Assembly: GCA_040755315.1 (NCBI GenBank)
Contig: JBFMBF010000015.1
Coordinates: 6,819-30,818, forward strand
Reading direction: 5' to 3'
Length of the DNA: 24,000 nt
Origin: Candidatus Hadarchaeota archaeon
GTDB taxonomy: Archaea; Hadarchaeota; Hadarchaeia; Hadarchaeales; Hadarchaeaceae
In this document: one piece after another, positions 15,185 to 21,898 of the stretch
Layout of the letters: each line of letters begins with the position of its first letter
Position numbering within the stretch: the stretch's first letter is position 1
The notes under the pieces: generated by a model
What the model saw: only the letters and a program-made list of their open reading frames with translations
Told to the model about the DNA's origin: nothing
The model's database searches: none
Translations under genes and position numbers: made by a program

Positions 15185-15970
15185 TCAGGCAATGAATTTT
15201 TTGAGCTTTTCTGCCAGCTCCGTTGGCAGCGGCATGGCCTCCATGATCGTCGTGTCCGTGCACACCGAGACCGTCAGGCAGTCGGCGGCGGTCTTCCCAG
15301 ACGTGAGATTCTTCACAACGTTCCTCCACTTGATGTGCTTCCGACCGACCTCCTCCACCCACACCACCACCTCAATCTCGTTGTCCAGCCTGACCGGCGC
15401 CAGTATCTTCCCGCTCGTCTCCACGGTCGGGACGAAAATTCCGAGCTTGTGAATCAGCGTGGCGTAGCTGAACCCCAGACTCTCGAGTAGCTCCTGCTGC
15501 GCCCGCTCGCAGAATCTGAAGTAGTTGGTGTAGTGCAAGACCTGGAGATAATCGGTGTCGGAGAGAGATATCTTGTACCTGCTCCGGAAAGCATTTGCCG
15601 GGATTTGAATCTCCTTCGCGCCTTCTGACATTTTTTCCGTCACCTCCGGTTCAACATCAACTATTGACCCCTTAATCCCGAGGGAGCCAAGCAATTTATC
15701 TGTTTCATCCGCGGCCTTCTCCCTCGCCTCGCCCTCCTCGAGCCCGTCGCCGAGCAGCTCCTGCACCCTGATGTCCCTGTAGAGCGCCACGTTCCTGATG
15801 AAGTCCTCCTGGCTGAGCCTGCCGATTGCTATCCCCGCGTGGACCATGACGAGGTCTCCCGGCGAGAGCCTTTCCACGGCCACCATGACATCTTTCCTGA
15901 CGCCGCCGAAGTCGACGGTTGCGGTAGGCCCCTCGATCCCGATGACCTTGGCGGGAACTCCCCAGCACAC
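15185..15970 (-). CDS. hypC: HypC (Fe-scaffold chaperone) fused in frame to a 4HBT/YbgC-class hotdog thioesterase domain
   Basis: aa 1-72, MCWGVPAKVIGIEGPTATVDFGGVRKDVMVAVERLSPGDLVMVHAGIAIGRL..., is canonical HypC. aa ~126-261 align colinearly with YbgC/4HBT thioesterases, including the catalytic-Asp block SLSDTDYLQVLHYTNYF. The GTG start is 1 nt after the hypD stop. An internal SD (GGAGGTGA) lies 8 nt before the ATG at 15631. Confidence 0.85.
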   Translation of the reverse strand: MCWGVPAKVIGIEGPTATVDFGGVRKDVMVAVERLSPGDLVMVHAGIAIGRLSQEDFIRNVALYRDIRVQELLGDGLEEGEAREKAADETDKLLGSLGIKGSIVDVEPEVTEKMSEGAKEIQIPANAFRSRYKISLSDTDYLQVLHYTNYFRFCERAQQELLESLGFSYATLIHKLGIFVPTVETSGKILAPVRLDNEIEVVVWVEEVGRKHIKWRNVVKNLTSGKTAADCLTVSVCTDTTIMEAMPLPTELAEKLKKFIA

Positions 15971-15971
15971 T

Positions 15972-17195
15972 TCAATCGCCCTCCAGCTTCGCGGCCCCGC
16001 CGTGCCTGGCCCAGACGGAGCAGACCCCCTCCGAAGAAACCATGCACGGTCCCCATGGGCTGGCCGGTGAGCATCCCTTCATGAAGAGGGGACAATCGGT
16101 CGGCTTCGCTATGCCCACGACGACCTCGCTGCACCTGCACTTCGGAGGAAGGTCGTGCTCCCAGGGCACTCCGTGATGGGCGTGGGTGTAGATGAATTCT
16201 TCCGGCGCCAGATCCGGAATCCCGTGGTGCCTGAAGGCGTCGTGCCCCTGAAATTTTTCCCTGAGCTTCAGGCCGCTCCCGGGGATGAAGCCTATCCCCC
16301 TCCATGCAGCGTTTGTCTTCTCGAAAACCTCGTCAATCATCTTCTTCGCGTACTCGTTCCCTCCCCACCCCACCATCCGATTGTACTCGACCTTGATTTC
16401 CGGCCTGTCATCCTTCATCATTAGCAGAATCTGGGCCACTGCCATCAGAACGTCAATCGGCTCGAAGCCGGCGACTACCGTGGGCAGGCCGTAAAGCTTG
16501 GGCAGGAACTCCCACTCGGCCGCCCCGATAATCGTCGAGACGTGGCCCGGGGCTATCACCCCGCTTATGGGCAGCAGCCCCCTCTCCCGGTGGAGCTTGA
16601 TCGTGTACTTCATCGCAGCTGGCGTGAGCCTGAGCGCGCTCAGGAACTTCAGGTTGTCTGGCACCATCCCCTCCTTCATGGCGATCGCGTAACTCGGCGC
16701 GGTCGTCTCAAAACCTATCCCGAAAAACACCCCATCCTTCCCGGAGGCGCGAGAGTCCTTCACCGCGTCGAGGAAGCTGTACACCACCTTCACGTCCCCG
16801 CCTTCCGCCCTGGCCTCCTCAAGGCTGGCGGGATGGTCAGCCTTCGCGCTCCTGAGCCTCAACGAGTCGCCGTAGGTGTAGACCTTGGCGCCGCCCTGCG
16901 CGAGCTTCACGGCCACATCGACATAGTATGAAGGAACGACGCAGACGGGGCAGCCGGGCCCGGCCACCAGCTCAATGAACGGCGGTAGCAGCTCCCTCAG
17001 GCTGTACTGGGTGGCCGTCCACTCGTGGGTGCCGCAGAAGTTCATTATCTTGATGAGCTCGCAATTTTCCTTCTCCCTAACGGCCTCGGCATACTTCCCG
17101 ATGACCCTCTTGAGCTCTAGTGCGAGAGGGAGGTTTTCCCTGAATGTTCTTTTAAGGACCTCGATGTCTCCGGACTTTTCCATGGCCTGCACCAT
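15972..17195 (-). CDS. hypD: Hydrogenase maturation protein HypD
   Basis: IMNFCGTHEW (CGxHxH-type motif), GPGCPVCVVP and the C-terminal PWGPCMVSSEGVCSVW cluster. I prefer the ATG at 17195 or 17183. The tracked 17363 start would add about 56 non-homologous residues. Confidence 0.95.
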   Translation of the reverse strand: MVQAMEKSGDIEVLKRTFRENLPLALELKRVIGKYAEAVREKENCELIKIMNFCGTHEWTATQYSLRELLPPFIELVAGPGCPVCVVPSYYVDVAVKLAQGGAKVYTYGDSLRLRSAKADHPASLEEARAEGGDVKVVYSFLDAVKDSRASGKDGVFFGIGFETTAPSYAIAMKEGMVPDNLKFLSALRLTPAAMKYTIKLHRERGLLPISGVIAPGHVSTIIGAAEWEFLPKLYGLPTVVAGFEPIDVLMAVAQILLMMKDDRPEIKVEYNRMVGWGGNEYAKKMIDEVFEKTNAAWRGIGFIPGSGLKLREKFQGHDAFRHHGIPDLAPEEFIYTHAHHGVPWEHDLPPKCRCSEVVVGIAKPTDCPLFMKGCSPASPWGPCMVSSEGVCSVWARHGGAAKLEGD

Positions 17196-17560
17196 TTTAC
17201 ATTTACCCTGAAGATTTAACCACGCAATTCCCGGCTTCTGAAGTTTCTTGACCAGCTCGTTCCTAGTTGGCGGGATTCCTTTTGTTTCAAGTGAGTTACT
17301 CAAGCGCGCGCAGCGGCTTGAGCACCCACGCTTTGGCCGGTGTTCCCTCGACCACGGCTTCAACTGCCCTGTGCCGTCCGCTGCCAGCCACGATGCGTTC
17401 TCTCTTGACCTTTTTGGACCTTACACCAGTTGGTCTATTTTTCATTTTCCTCGCCGAAGCTTTTGGCGAAGGTTGCTTAAAAATGAGAAAAAACCGTGCG
17501 CGTACAGTGCCAAGACCGCTAACTAAATACATGTGCGCCGCCCGTGTTTTGAGTGATTCG

Positions 17561-18577
17561 ATGCCAAAAAACAAAATCACGCTGGAGCACGGCGCCGGCG
17601 GGACGGCCATGATGAAACTCATCTCGGAAATAGTGCTGAAGGAGTTCACAAACAGAAAAAGGGGACCAGTTGGGCTGGACGAGCTCGACGACGGGGCGGC
17701 GATAACAATTGGCGACAAGACTCTGGTCTTCACGACTGACGCCCACACCGTAAAGCCTCTATTCTTCCCTGGCGGGGACATGGGGCGGCTGGCGGTCTCT
17801 GGCACCGTGAACGACCTCGCCGTGATGGGGGGGCGCCCGCTCGCGATGGCCTGCGCCGTCGTGGTGGAGGAGGGCTTCCCCATCGATGACTTCCGCCGGA
17901 TTTGCAGGTCCATGGATTCGGCGGCGAAAGAAGTTGACGTGGCGATTGTGACGGGCGACCTCAAGGTCATGGAGAAAGGCGCAATCGACGGCATCGTGAT
18001 AACCACGACTGGGGCTGGCCTGGCAGACTCGCTCAAAACTGACTACCTACTCAAGCCAGGGCACAAAATCATCGTCACTGGAACAATAGGCGACCACGGC
18101 GCCACCATCCTCGCCAGCCGGGAGGGGATAGACATCGGCGGGGAACTCAGCTCCGATGTGGCCCCGCTCTGGGAAACTGTGGAGGCTGCGATGAAAGCTG
18201 GAGAGGTATCGTCCATGAAAGACCCCACGAGAGGAGGGGTGGCGGGAGCTCTGAACGAGTTTGCATCCAAATCCAAGGTCGGCATCCTGCTTGAAGAGAA
18301 AAAAATACCGATATCTGGGCCGGTGGGGAGCCTGTGTGAGATGCTCGGGCTCGACCCCCTGACCCTTACAAACGAGGGAAAGATTCTGATGGGGGTGGCG
18401 CAGGAGGACTCCGAAGCTGTTCTTCATGCCATCCGGAAGACGAAGTACGGCAAAAACGCCGAGATAGTAGGGGAGGCTACTTCTGAGAGGCCCGGAAAAG
18501 TTATTCTGAGGACCTCCGTCGGTGGTGGTCGGATTTTGCCTGCCCCCCTGGGAGACCCAGTTCCCAGGATATGTTGA
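17561..18577 (+). CDS. hypE: Hydrogenase maturation protein HypE
   Basis: N-terminus MPKNKITLEHGAGGTAMMKLI, PurM/AIR-synthase-like fold blocks, and a C-terminal PRIC cyanation motif. 338 aa from the ATG at 17561. The tracked 17267 start adds a non-homologous extension. Confidence 0.95.
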   Translation: MPKNKITLEHGAGGTAMMKLISEIVLKEFTNRKRGPVGLDELDDGAAITIGDKTLVFTTDAHTVKPLFFPGGDMGRLAVSGTVNDLAVMGGRPLAMACAVVVEEGFPIDDFRRICRSMDSAAKEVDVAIVTGDLKVMEKGAIDGIVITTTGAGLADSLKTDYLLKPGHKIIVTGTIGDHGATILASREGIDIGGELSSDVAPLWETVEAAMKAGEVSSMKDPTRGGVAGALNEFASKSKVGILLEEKKIPISGPVGSLCEMLGLDPLTLTNEGKILMGVAQEDSEAVLHAIRKTKYGKNAEIVGEATSERPGKVILRTSVGGGRILPAPLGDPVPRIC

Positions 18578-18578
18578 G

Positions 18579-18890
18579 CTAATGGCGCCTTCTGTGCTGG
18601 TTGAGGAACCCCATCCGGAAGCCCCACTCCGGGTAAATCTTGGCCACTCCTAGAGTAATTCCCCAAGCACCAAAAATTCCTAGGGTTATAGTTGCCCCGA
18701 GCAGCAAATCCATCGGCACGTTCCCGCTGATTAGGAAGAGCTCCCCATTCCAGAGGTGGTCGACCACGCCAAAAATCGCTCCACCGTAGAGTAAAAGGTT
18801 CAACCACCAGCCAGCGGGGCCCCCTCGCCTAGACCTCCAGGCCACCGTTGAAATCAGGGCTGTAGTAAGAGGTATTGCATAGCAAACCAT
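18579..18890 (-). CDS. Small integral membrane protein (103 aa, about 3 TM), function unknown
   Basis: Strong SD GAGGTGA lies 5 nt before the ATG. Three hydrophobic segments, a GVVDHLWNGE motif in TM2, and a basic HRRRH C-terminus. Its stop is 1 nt from the convergent hypE stop. Confidence 0.6.
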   Translation of the reverse strand: MVCYAIPLTTALISTVAWRSRRGGPAGWWLNLLLYGGAIFGVVDHLWNGELFLISGNVPMDLLLGATITLGIFGAWGITLGVAKIYPEWGFRMGFLNQHRRRH

Positions 18891-18908
18891 TTTTTCACCT
18901 CGTTGTAC

Positions 18909-18936
18909 GTAATACTTTTCAGTATAAAAGTATTAC
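18909..18936. promoter_or_regulatory. Perfect 28-bp dyad GTAATACTTTT-CAGTAT-AAAAGTATTAC overlapping a TATA-like box; candidate NikR operator
   Basis: 11-bp perfect inverted arms (18909-18919 / 18926-18936). It lies 19 nt upstream of the start of the membrane-protein gene. The centre reads TTTTATAC on the minus strand. Confidence 0.45.
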
Positions 18937-18961
18937 CTGCGCGCCGGCTTTGTGTAAAAAT

Positions 18962-18982
18962 CCGCCGGTCATAGACCGGCGG
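18962..18982 (-). other. Hairpin downstream of tnpA (candidate IS right-end structure or terminator)
   Basis: Perfect 9-bp stem CCGCCGGTC / GACCGGCGG with a 3-nt loop. On the tnpA sense strand it is followed by ATTTTTAC. Confidence 0.5.
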
Positions 18983-19002
18983 CATTCGACGGTCTTTACG
19001 CT

Positions 19003-19486
19003 TTAGGCGAAATCGGCCAGCGTCACCTGCTTCGCGTCCGACTTTCTTTTCGGTTTTCCCTGATTTCTCACGTACTCGTCGATTTCCTCCGACGTCCTGT
19101 CTCCCATGCTATCAAAGTAGTACGCCGGACTCCAGAGCCCGCTGCCCCAGAAGTACTTGCTCTTGAAGTACGGGAACTCGCGCAGCAGCGCGTGGCCGGA
19201 GTTCCCCTTCAGGGCCTTTGCCATGCTCGCCGGGGAGTGGTTCGGCCCGGAGTCGACCGTGAGGTGTACGTGGTCGCGGTCGAACCCGATTTCGCGGATT
19301 TCCATGCCGTACCTCTGCGCGGTCTCGTGCAGAATCTCACCACACCGGCCCTTCACTCGCTCGTCGTCGAAGACCGGATGGCAGTACTTGGTCTTGGCAG
19401 TACTTGGTCCTGAAGCACACGTGCATCACGTTCTTACCGACGCTCGAGCTGTAGTGCTTTATAGAGCTCCCGCTAATCTGATCCAT
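19003..19486 (-). pseudogene. tnpA: IS200-family Y1 transposase TnpA, frameshifted by a 16-nt tandem duplication
   Basis: SD GGAGGT precedes the ATG at 19486. The N-terminal piece MDQISGSSIKHYSSSVGKNVMHVCFRTKYC then shifts frame. The C-terminal piece (tracked ORF 19003-19356) carries the HUH motif DHVHLTV and the catalytic Tyr in IDEYVRNQG. Deleting one 16-nt copy joins them as ...HVCFRTKYCHPVFDDERVKGRCGEIL... Confidence 0.85.
19379..19410. repeat. 16-nt tandem duplication inside tnpA
   Basis: TGGCAGTACTTGGTC occurs at 19379-19393 and again at 19395-19409 (period 16, one junction mismatch). The two tnpA halves are offset by 130 nt, and 130-16=114 is divisible by 3. Confidence 0.9.
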
Positions 19487-19497
19487 AGGAATACCTC

Positions 19498-19550
19498 CTG
19501 GTGGCGCCCCTAGTCCTGCCCTCTAGATCAAAGGGCGCGGGCGCCACCAG
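19498..19550 (-). other. Large hairpin upstream of tnpA (candidate IS left-end structure abutting the tnpA SD)
   Basis: Perfect 12-bp stem CTGGTGGCGCCC / GGGCGCCACCAG with a 29-nt loop. The tnpA SD (19494-19498) directly abuts the stem. Confidence 0.5.
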
Positions 19551-19645
19551 ACAAACTAACCGAGAAGTTGATTAGCACTTTTCGAAAGCCCCGCGTGCCC
19601 GTAAAAGGCTTTTGAACAGCGCCCCCAAGATAACTCCGGTGCACA

Positions 19646-20050
19646 GTGACGCAAAAACTCGCGCGCGTAAGCTTGACGCTTCCAACGGAGCTGTTGACTG
19701 AGCTCGACGGCGCCATTCAGTCCCAGCGTTACGCAAGCCGCTCTGAGGCCATCAGGGACTCCATCCAAGATTTCTTGGCCGACTACCGGTGGCGGAAAGG
19801 GCTTGCAGGCAAGCTTCTCGGGGCCATCCTGGTGCTCTACGACCACGAAGTCAGGGGGCTGGGTGACAAGCTGATAGACATCCAGCACGCAAGCGCCGAC
19901 GTTATAAAATCTGTGCAACACCTTCACGTTGACGAAAAAAACTGCCTGGAAGTTTTGATTTGCGAGGGTCGGGCGAAAAAAGTACGTGAACTTGTTGAGC
20001 GGATGAGTACACTTCGAGGCGTGAAACAGGCAAAATTGGTGGTTGTCTAG
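19646..20050 (+). CDS. nikR: Nickel-responsive regulator NikR
   Basis: N-terminal ribbon-helix-helix RVSLTLPTELLTELDGAIQSQRYASRSEAIRDSI. C-terminal Ni-binding domain with the YDHE, HLHVD and CLEVL blocks. GTG start. Confidence 0.9.
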   Translation: MTQKLARVSLTLPTELLTELDGAIQSQRYASRSEAIRDSIQDFLADYRWRKGLAGKLLGAILVLYDHEVRGLGDKLIDIQHASADVIKSVQHLHVDEKNCLEVLICEGRAKKVRELVERMSTLRGVKQAKLVVV

Positions 20051-20087
20051 GCCGCAACCGCGAATGAAATCCCTGCAAAAACTATGT

Positions 20088-20477
20088 TTATTTTACCCGC
20101 TCCATCTTCCTTCTTCCGAGCGCCTGGATGTATTCCACCTCAGACCCCTCGTGCACTTCGCCGCGAAGGTTTATCGGAATGGGCAGCTCAAATGTCTCGT
20201 AGGTCAGAGTGTCCATGAGCTGGGCGTTGCTCTCGACAACGGCGAGAACCTGCGCGGCCCCCCTCTCGATGATGGGGACCTCGATTGTTGCGCTCGTCGG
20301 TCTCACGATGGTTCTTTTCTGAGAGTCGAAAAGCCCGACGGCATCGACCTTGGCTTTCGCGTGCCCGTGCTTCCCCGGGGCTGAAGTCGTGAAGCCAACT
20401 ATCCGGCATGGCTCCTCGTCAACAATTATAAACCTGCCCTCCTTGAGCTTGCCGACCTCGGTCACCTCTCTCGCCAT
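20088..20477 (-). CDS. eif5a: Translation initiation factor 5A (aIF5A)
   Basis: Hypusine-loop motif TSAPGKHGHAKAKV, followed by an OB-fold C-terminal half. I prefer the ATG at 20477 (MAREVTEVGKLK, preceded by GGTGA) over the tracked 20489. Confidence 0.95.
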   Translation of the reverse strand: MAREVTEVGKLKEGRFIIVDEEPCRIVGFTTSAPGKHGHAKAKVDAVGLFDSQKRTIVRPTSATIEVPIIERGAAQVLAVVESNAQLMDTLTYETFELPIPINLRGEVHEGSEVEYIQALGRRKMERVK

Positions 20478-20505
20478 CTTTTCACCCATCCCAGTTTTCA
20501 GCGGT

Positions 20506-20514
20506 GCTTAAAAG
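20506..20514. promoter_or_regulatory. Near-palindromic TATA-like element GCTTAAAAG shared by divergent aIF5A and nadK
   Basis: It lies about 29 nt from both the aIF5A ATG (20477) and the nadK TTG (20543). Confidence 0.35.
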
Positions 20515-20542
20515 TCTGGCGCTGAGAACAATTGGTGAAAAA

Positions 20543-21343
20543 TTGCGTGTTGGGCTTGCCGCGAAGGTTGAGGCCAAGCTTGCTCTCCTGACTGTCAGGA
20601 AAATCATCAAAATGCTGTCCGGCGAGGAGCTTCTGTTTGAGAGGAGGCTGTCCGAAAAGCTGGGAAAACCGCCCGCTTCCACAGCTTCTTTCAGAAAAGC
20701 CGACGCCGTGGTGGCCGTCGGCGGAGACGGCACCGTCTTGCTCGCGCAGAGGCTGGCCTCGGGCGTTCCGGTCCTCGGCATCCACGTAGCCGGGCGGGGT
20801 TTTCTGGCGGACGTTGAGATTCAGGACCTCGACAGGGCGATCAAGGCGCTGAAAGCTGGGCGGCTAGAGGTTGTCGAGAGGGAAAGGCTAGCCGTGACAG
20901 TGGGGAAGAAAAAACTTCCAGACGCCCTTAACGATGTCGTGGTCAGCAGGGGCGACGTGGGGAAAACAATTGACATCAGAGTCAAGGTAGACGGAGAAAA
21001 CGCCATGGAGATGAAAGGGGACGGAGTGATAGTGTCCACCCCCACGGGGAGCACCGCTTACGGGCGGGTGGCGGGCGGCCCTGTGGTCGACCCTAGGCTC
21101 AGGGTTTCTATTATAGTGCCCGTGAGCCCGGCTGATCTGGGGCAGGCCCCGATGGTGGTGCACCAGGATTCCGAAATTGTTGTGGAGTTGACAGAGGCTG
21201 TGAAACCTGCTTTGGTCAGCGTGGACGGGGTTCAGGAGGCCCGACTTTCAACTGGTGAGAAACTGATCATCGGCCGCTCGGATTTCCCGGGCCGCTTTTT
21301 CTCGTGGGGGGACTTTTACCTCAAGCTGAAGGAGCGGCTTTAG
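20543..21343 (+). CDS. nadK: NAD kinase
   Basis: Motifs VVAVGGDGTVL and GDGVIVSTPTGSTAYGRVAGGPVVDP. The TTG at 20543 is preceded by GGTGA. The tracked alternative is the GTG at 20504. Confidence 0.9.
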   Translation: MRVGLAAKVEAKLALLTVRKIIKMLSGEELLFERRLSEKLGKPPASTASFRKADAVVAVGGDGTVLLAQRLASGVPVLGIHVAGRGFLADVEIQDLDRAIKALKAGRLEVVERERLAVTVGKKKLPDALNDVVVSRGDVGKTIDIRVKVDGENAMEMKGDGVIVSTPTGSTAYGRVAGGPVVDPRLRVSIIVPVSPADLGQAPMVVHQDSEIVVELTEAVKPALVSVDGVQEARLSTGEKLIIGRSDFPGRFFSWGDFYLKLKERL

Positions 21344-21835
21344 TTGCCGAAGCTTCTGGTCCTCGACACCTCTGCTTTGGTCGCTGGTTTCGTGCCGGAG
21401 CTGTCTGATGCCGAGCAGGCGACCGTCCGCGAGGTGGTAGAAGAGGCCAAGAGCTTCTCAACAAGGCTTGGGCTCGAGACGGCAGTGATTTCCGGCAAGG
21501 TAAAAGTGCTGGCGCCTTCGAAAAGTGCCGTGGAAGAAGTTGAAAAAATATTGAAGGTGACGAGCGACACCATCTCCCAAACAGACACAAAACTTCTTGC
21601 CCTCGCCTTTGACCTGAAGGAAAAAGGCGCCGAGATAATCACTGACGACTATGCGATTCAGAACGTGGCGAGGAAGCTCGGCATCGCCCATCGCCCAATC
21701 AAGATGGCCGGGATAAAAAAGGTCTTCGAGTGGGAGTCGGCCTGTCCCGCCTGCGGCCGGAAACATCCCGCAGGCGTGAAGAAGTGCCCCGTCTGCGGCG
21801 CCAGCTTGAAGAGGAGACCAAAAACCAAAAGCTGA
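21344..21835 (+). CDS. nob1: Nob1-like PIN-domain endonuclease with a C-terminal zinc ribbon
   Basis: PIN N-terminus LVLDTSALV, then TDTKLLALA and ITDDYAIQNVA. The ribbon is CPACG-x11-CPVCG. TTG start directly after the nadK stop. Confidence 0.8.
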   Translation: MPKLLVLDTSALVAGFVPELSDAEQATVREVVEEAKSFSTRLGLETAVISGKVKVLAPSKSAVEEVEKILKVTSDTISQTDTKLLALAFDLKEKGAEIITDDYAIQNVARKLGIAHRPIKMAGIKKVFEWESACPACGRKHPAGVKKCPVCGASLKRRPKTKS

Positions 21836-21898
21836 ACCCGCATAACAAAATAGTATTGTTTTAAAAAGGGGCGAACATATGATAAGGGAGGTCAGATT

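Larger units (their letters stand above)
18950..19570 (-). mobile_element. IS200-type (IS200/IS605 family, tnpA-only) insertion sequence; boundaries approximate
   Basis: A Y1 (HUH) transposase gene is flanked by subterminal hairpins at 18962-18982 and 19498-19550. Its size of about 0.6-0.7 kb fits IS200. It lies between the membrane-protein gene and nikR. Confidence 0.6.

Noticed and set aside
14663-15192. ORFs at 14663-15157 (+, 164 aa) and 14893-15192 (-, 99 aa) in and around the vapB / hypC-fusion spacer
   Set aside because: The first is largely antisense to vapB and the second overlaps the hypC-fusion stop. Neither has an SD or a motif, and their composition is odd.
17296-18036. 246-aa minus-strand ORF opposite hypE
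   Set aside because: It is antisense to hypE with a Ser/Pro/Ala-rich translation. Only its last 49 codons, which lie outside hypE (17296-17445), are kept as a low-confidence curiosity in the spacer finding.
18909-18936. The 28-bp dyad as the right-end hairpin of the IS200 element
   Set aside because: This is not fully excluded. However, a separate strong hairpin (18962-18982) lies much closer to the tnpA stop, at the position expected for the IS end. The dyad overlaps the TATA and SD region of the adjacent gene, so I favour an operator.
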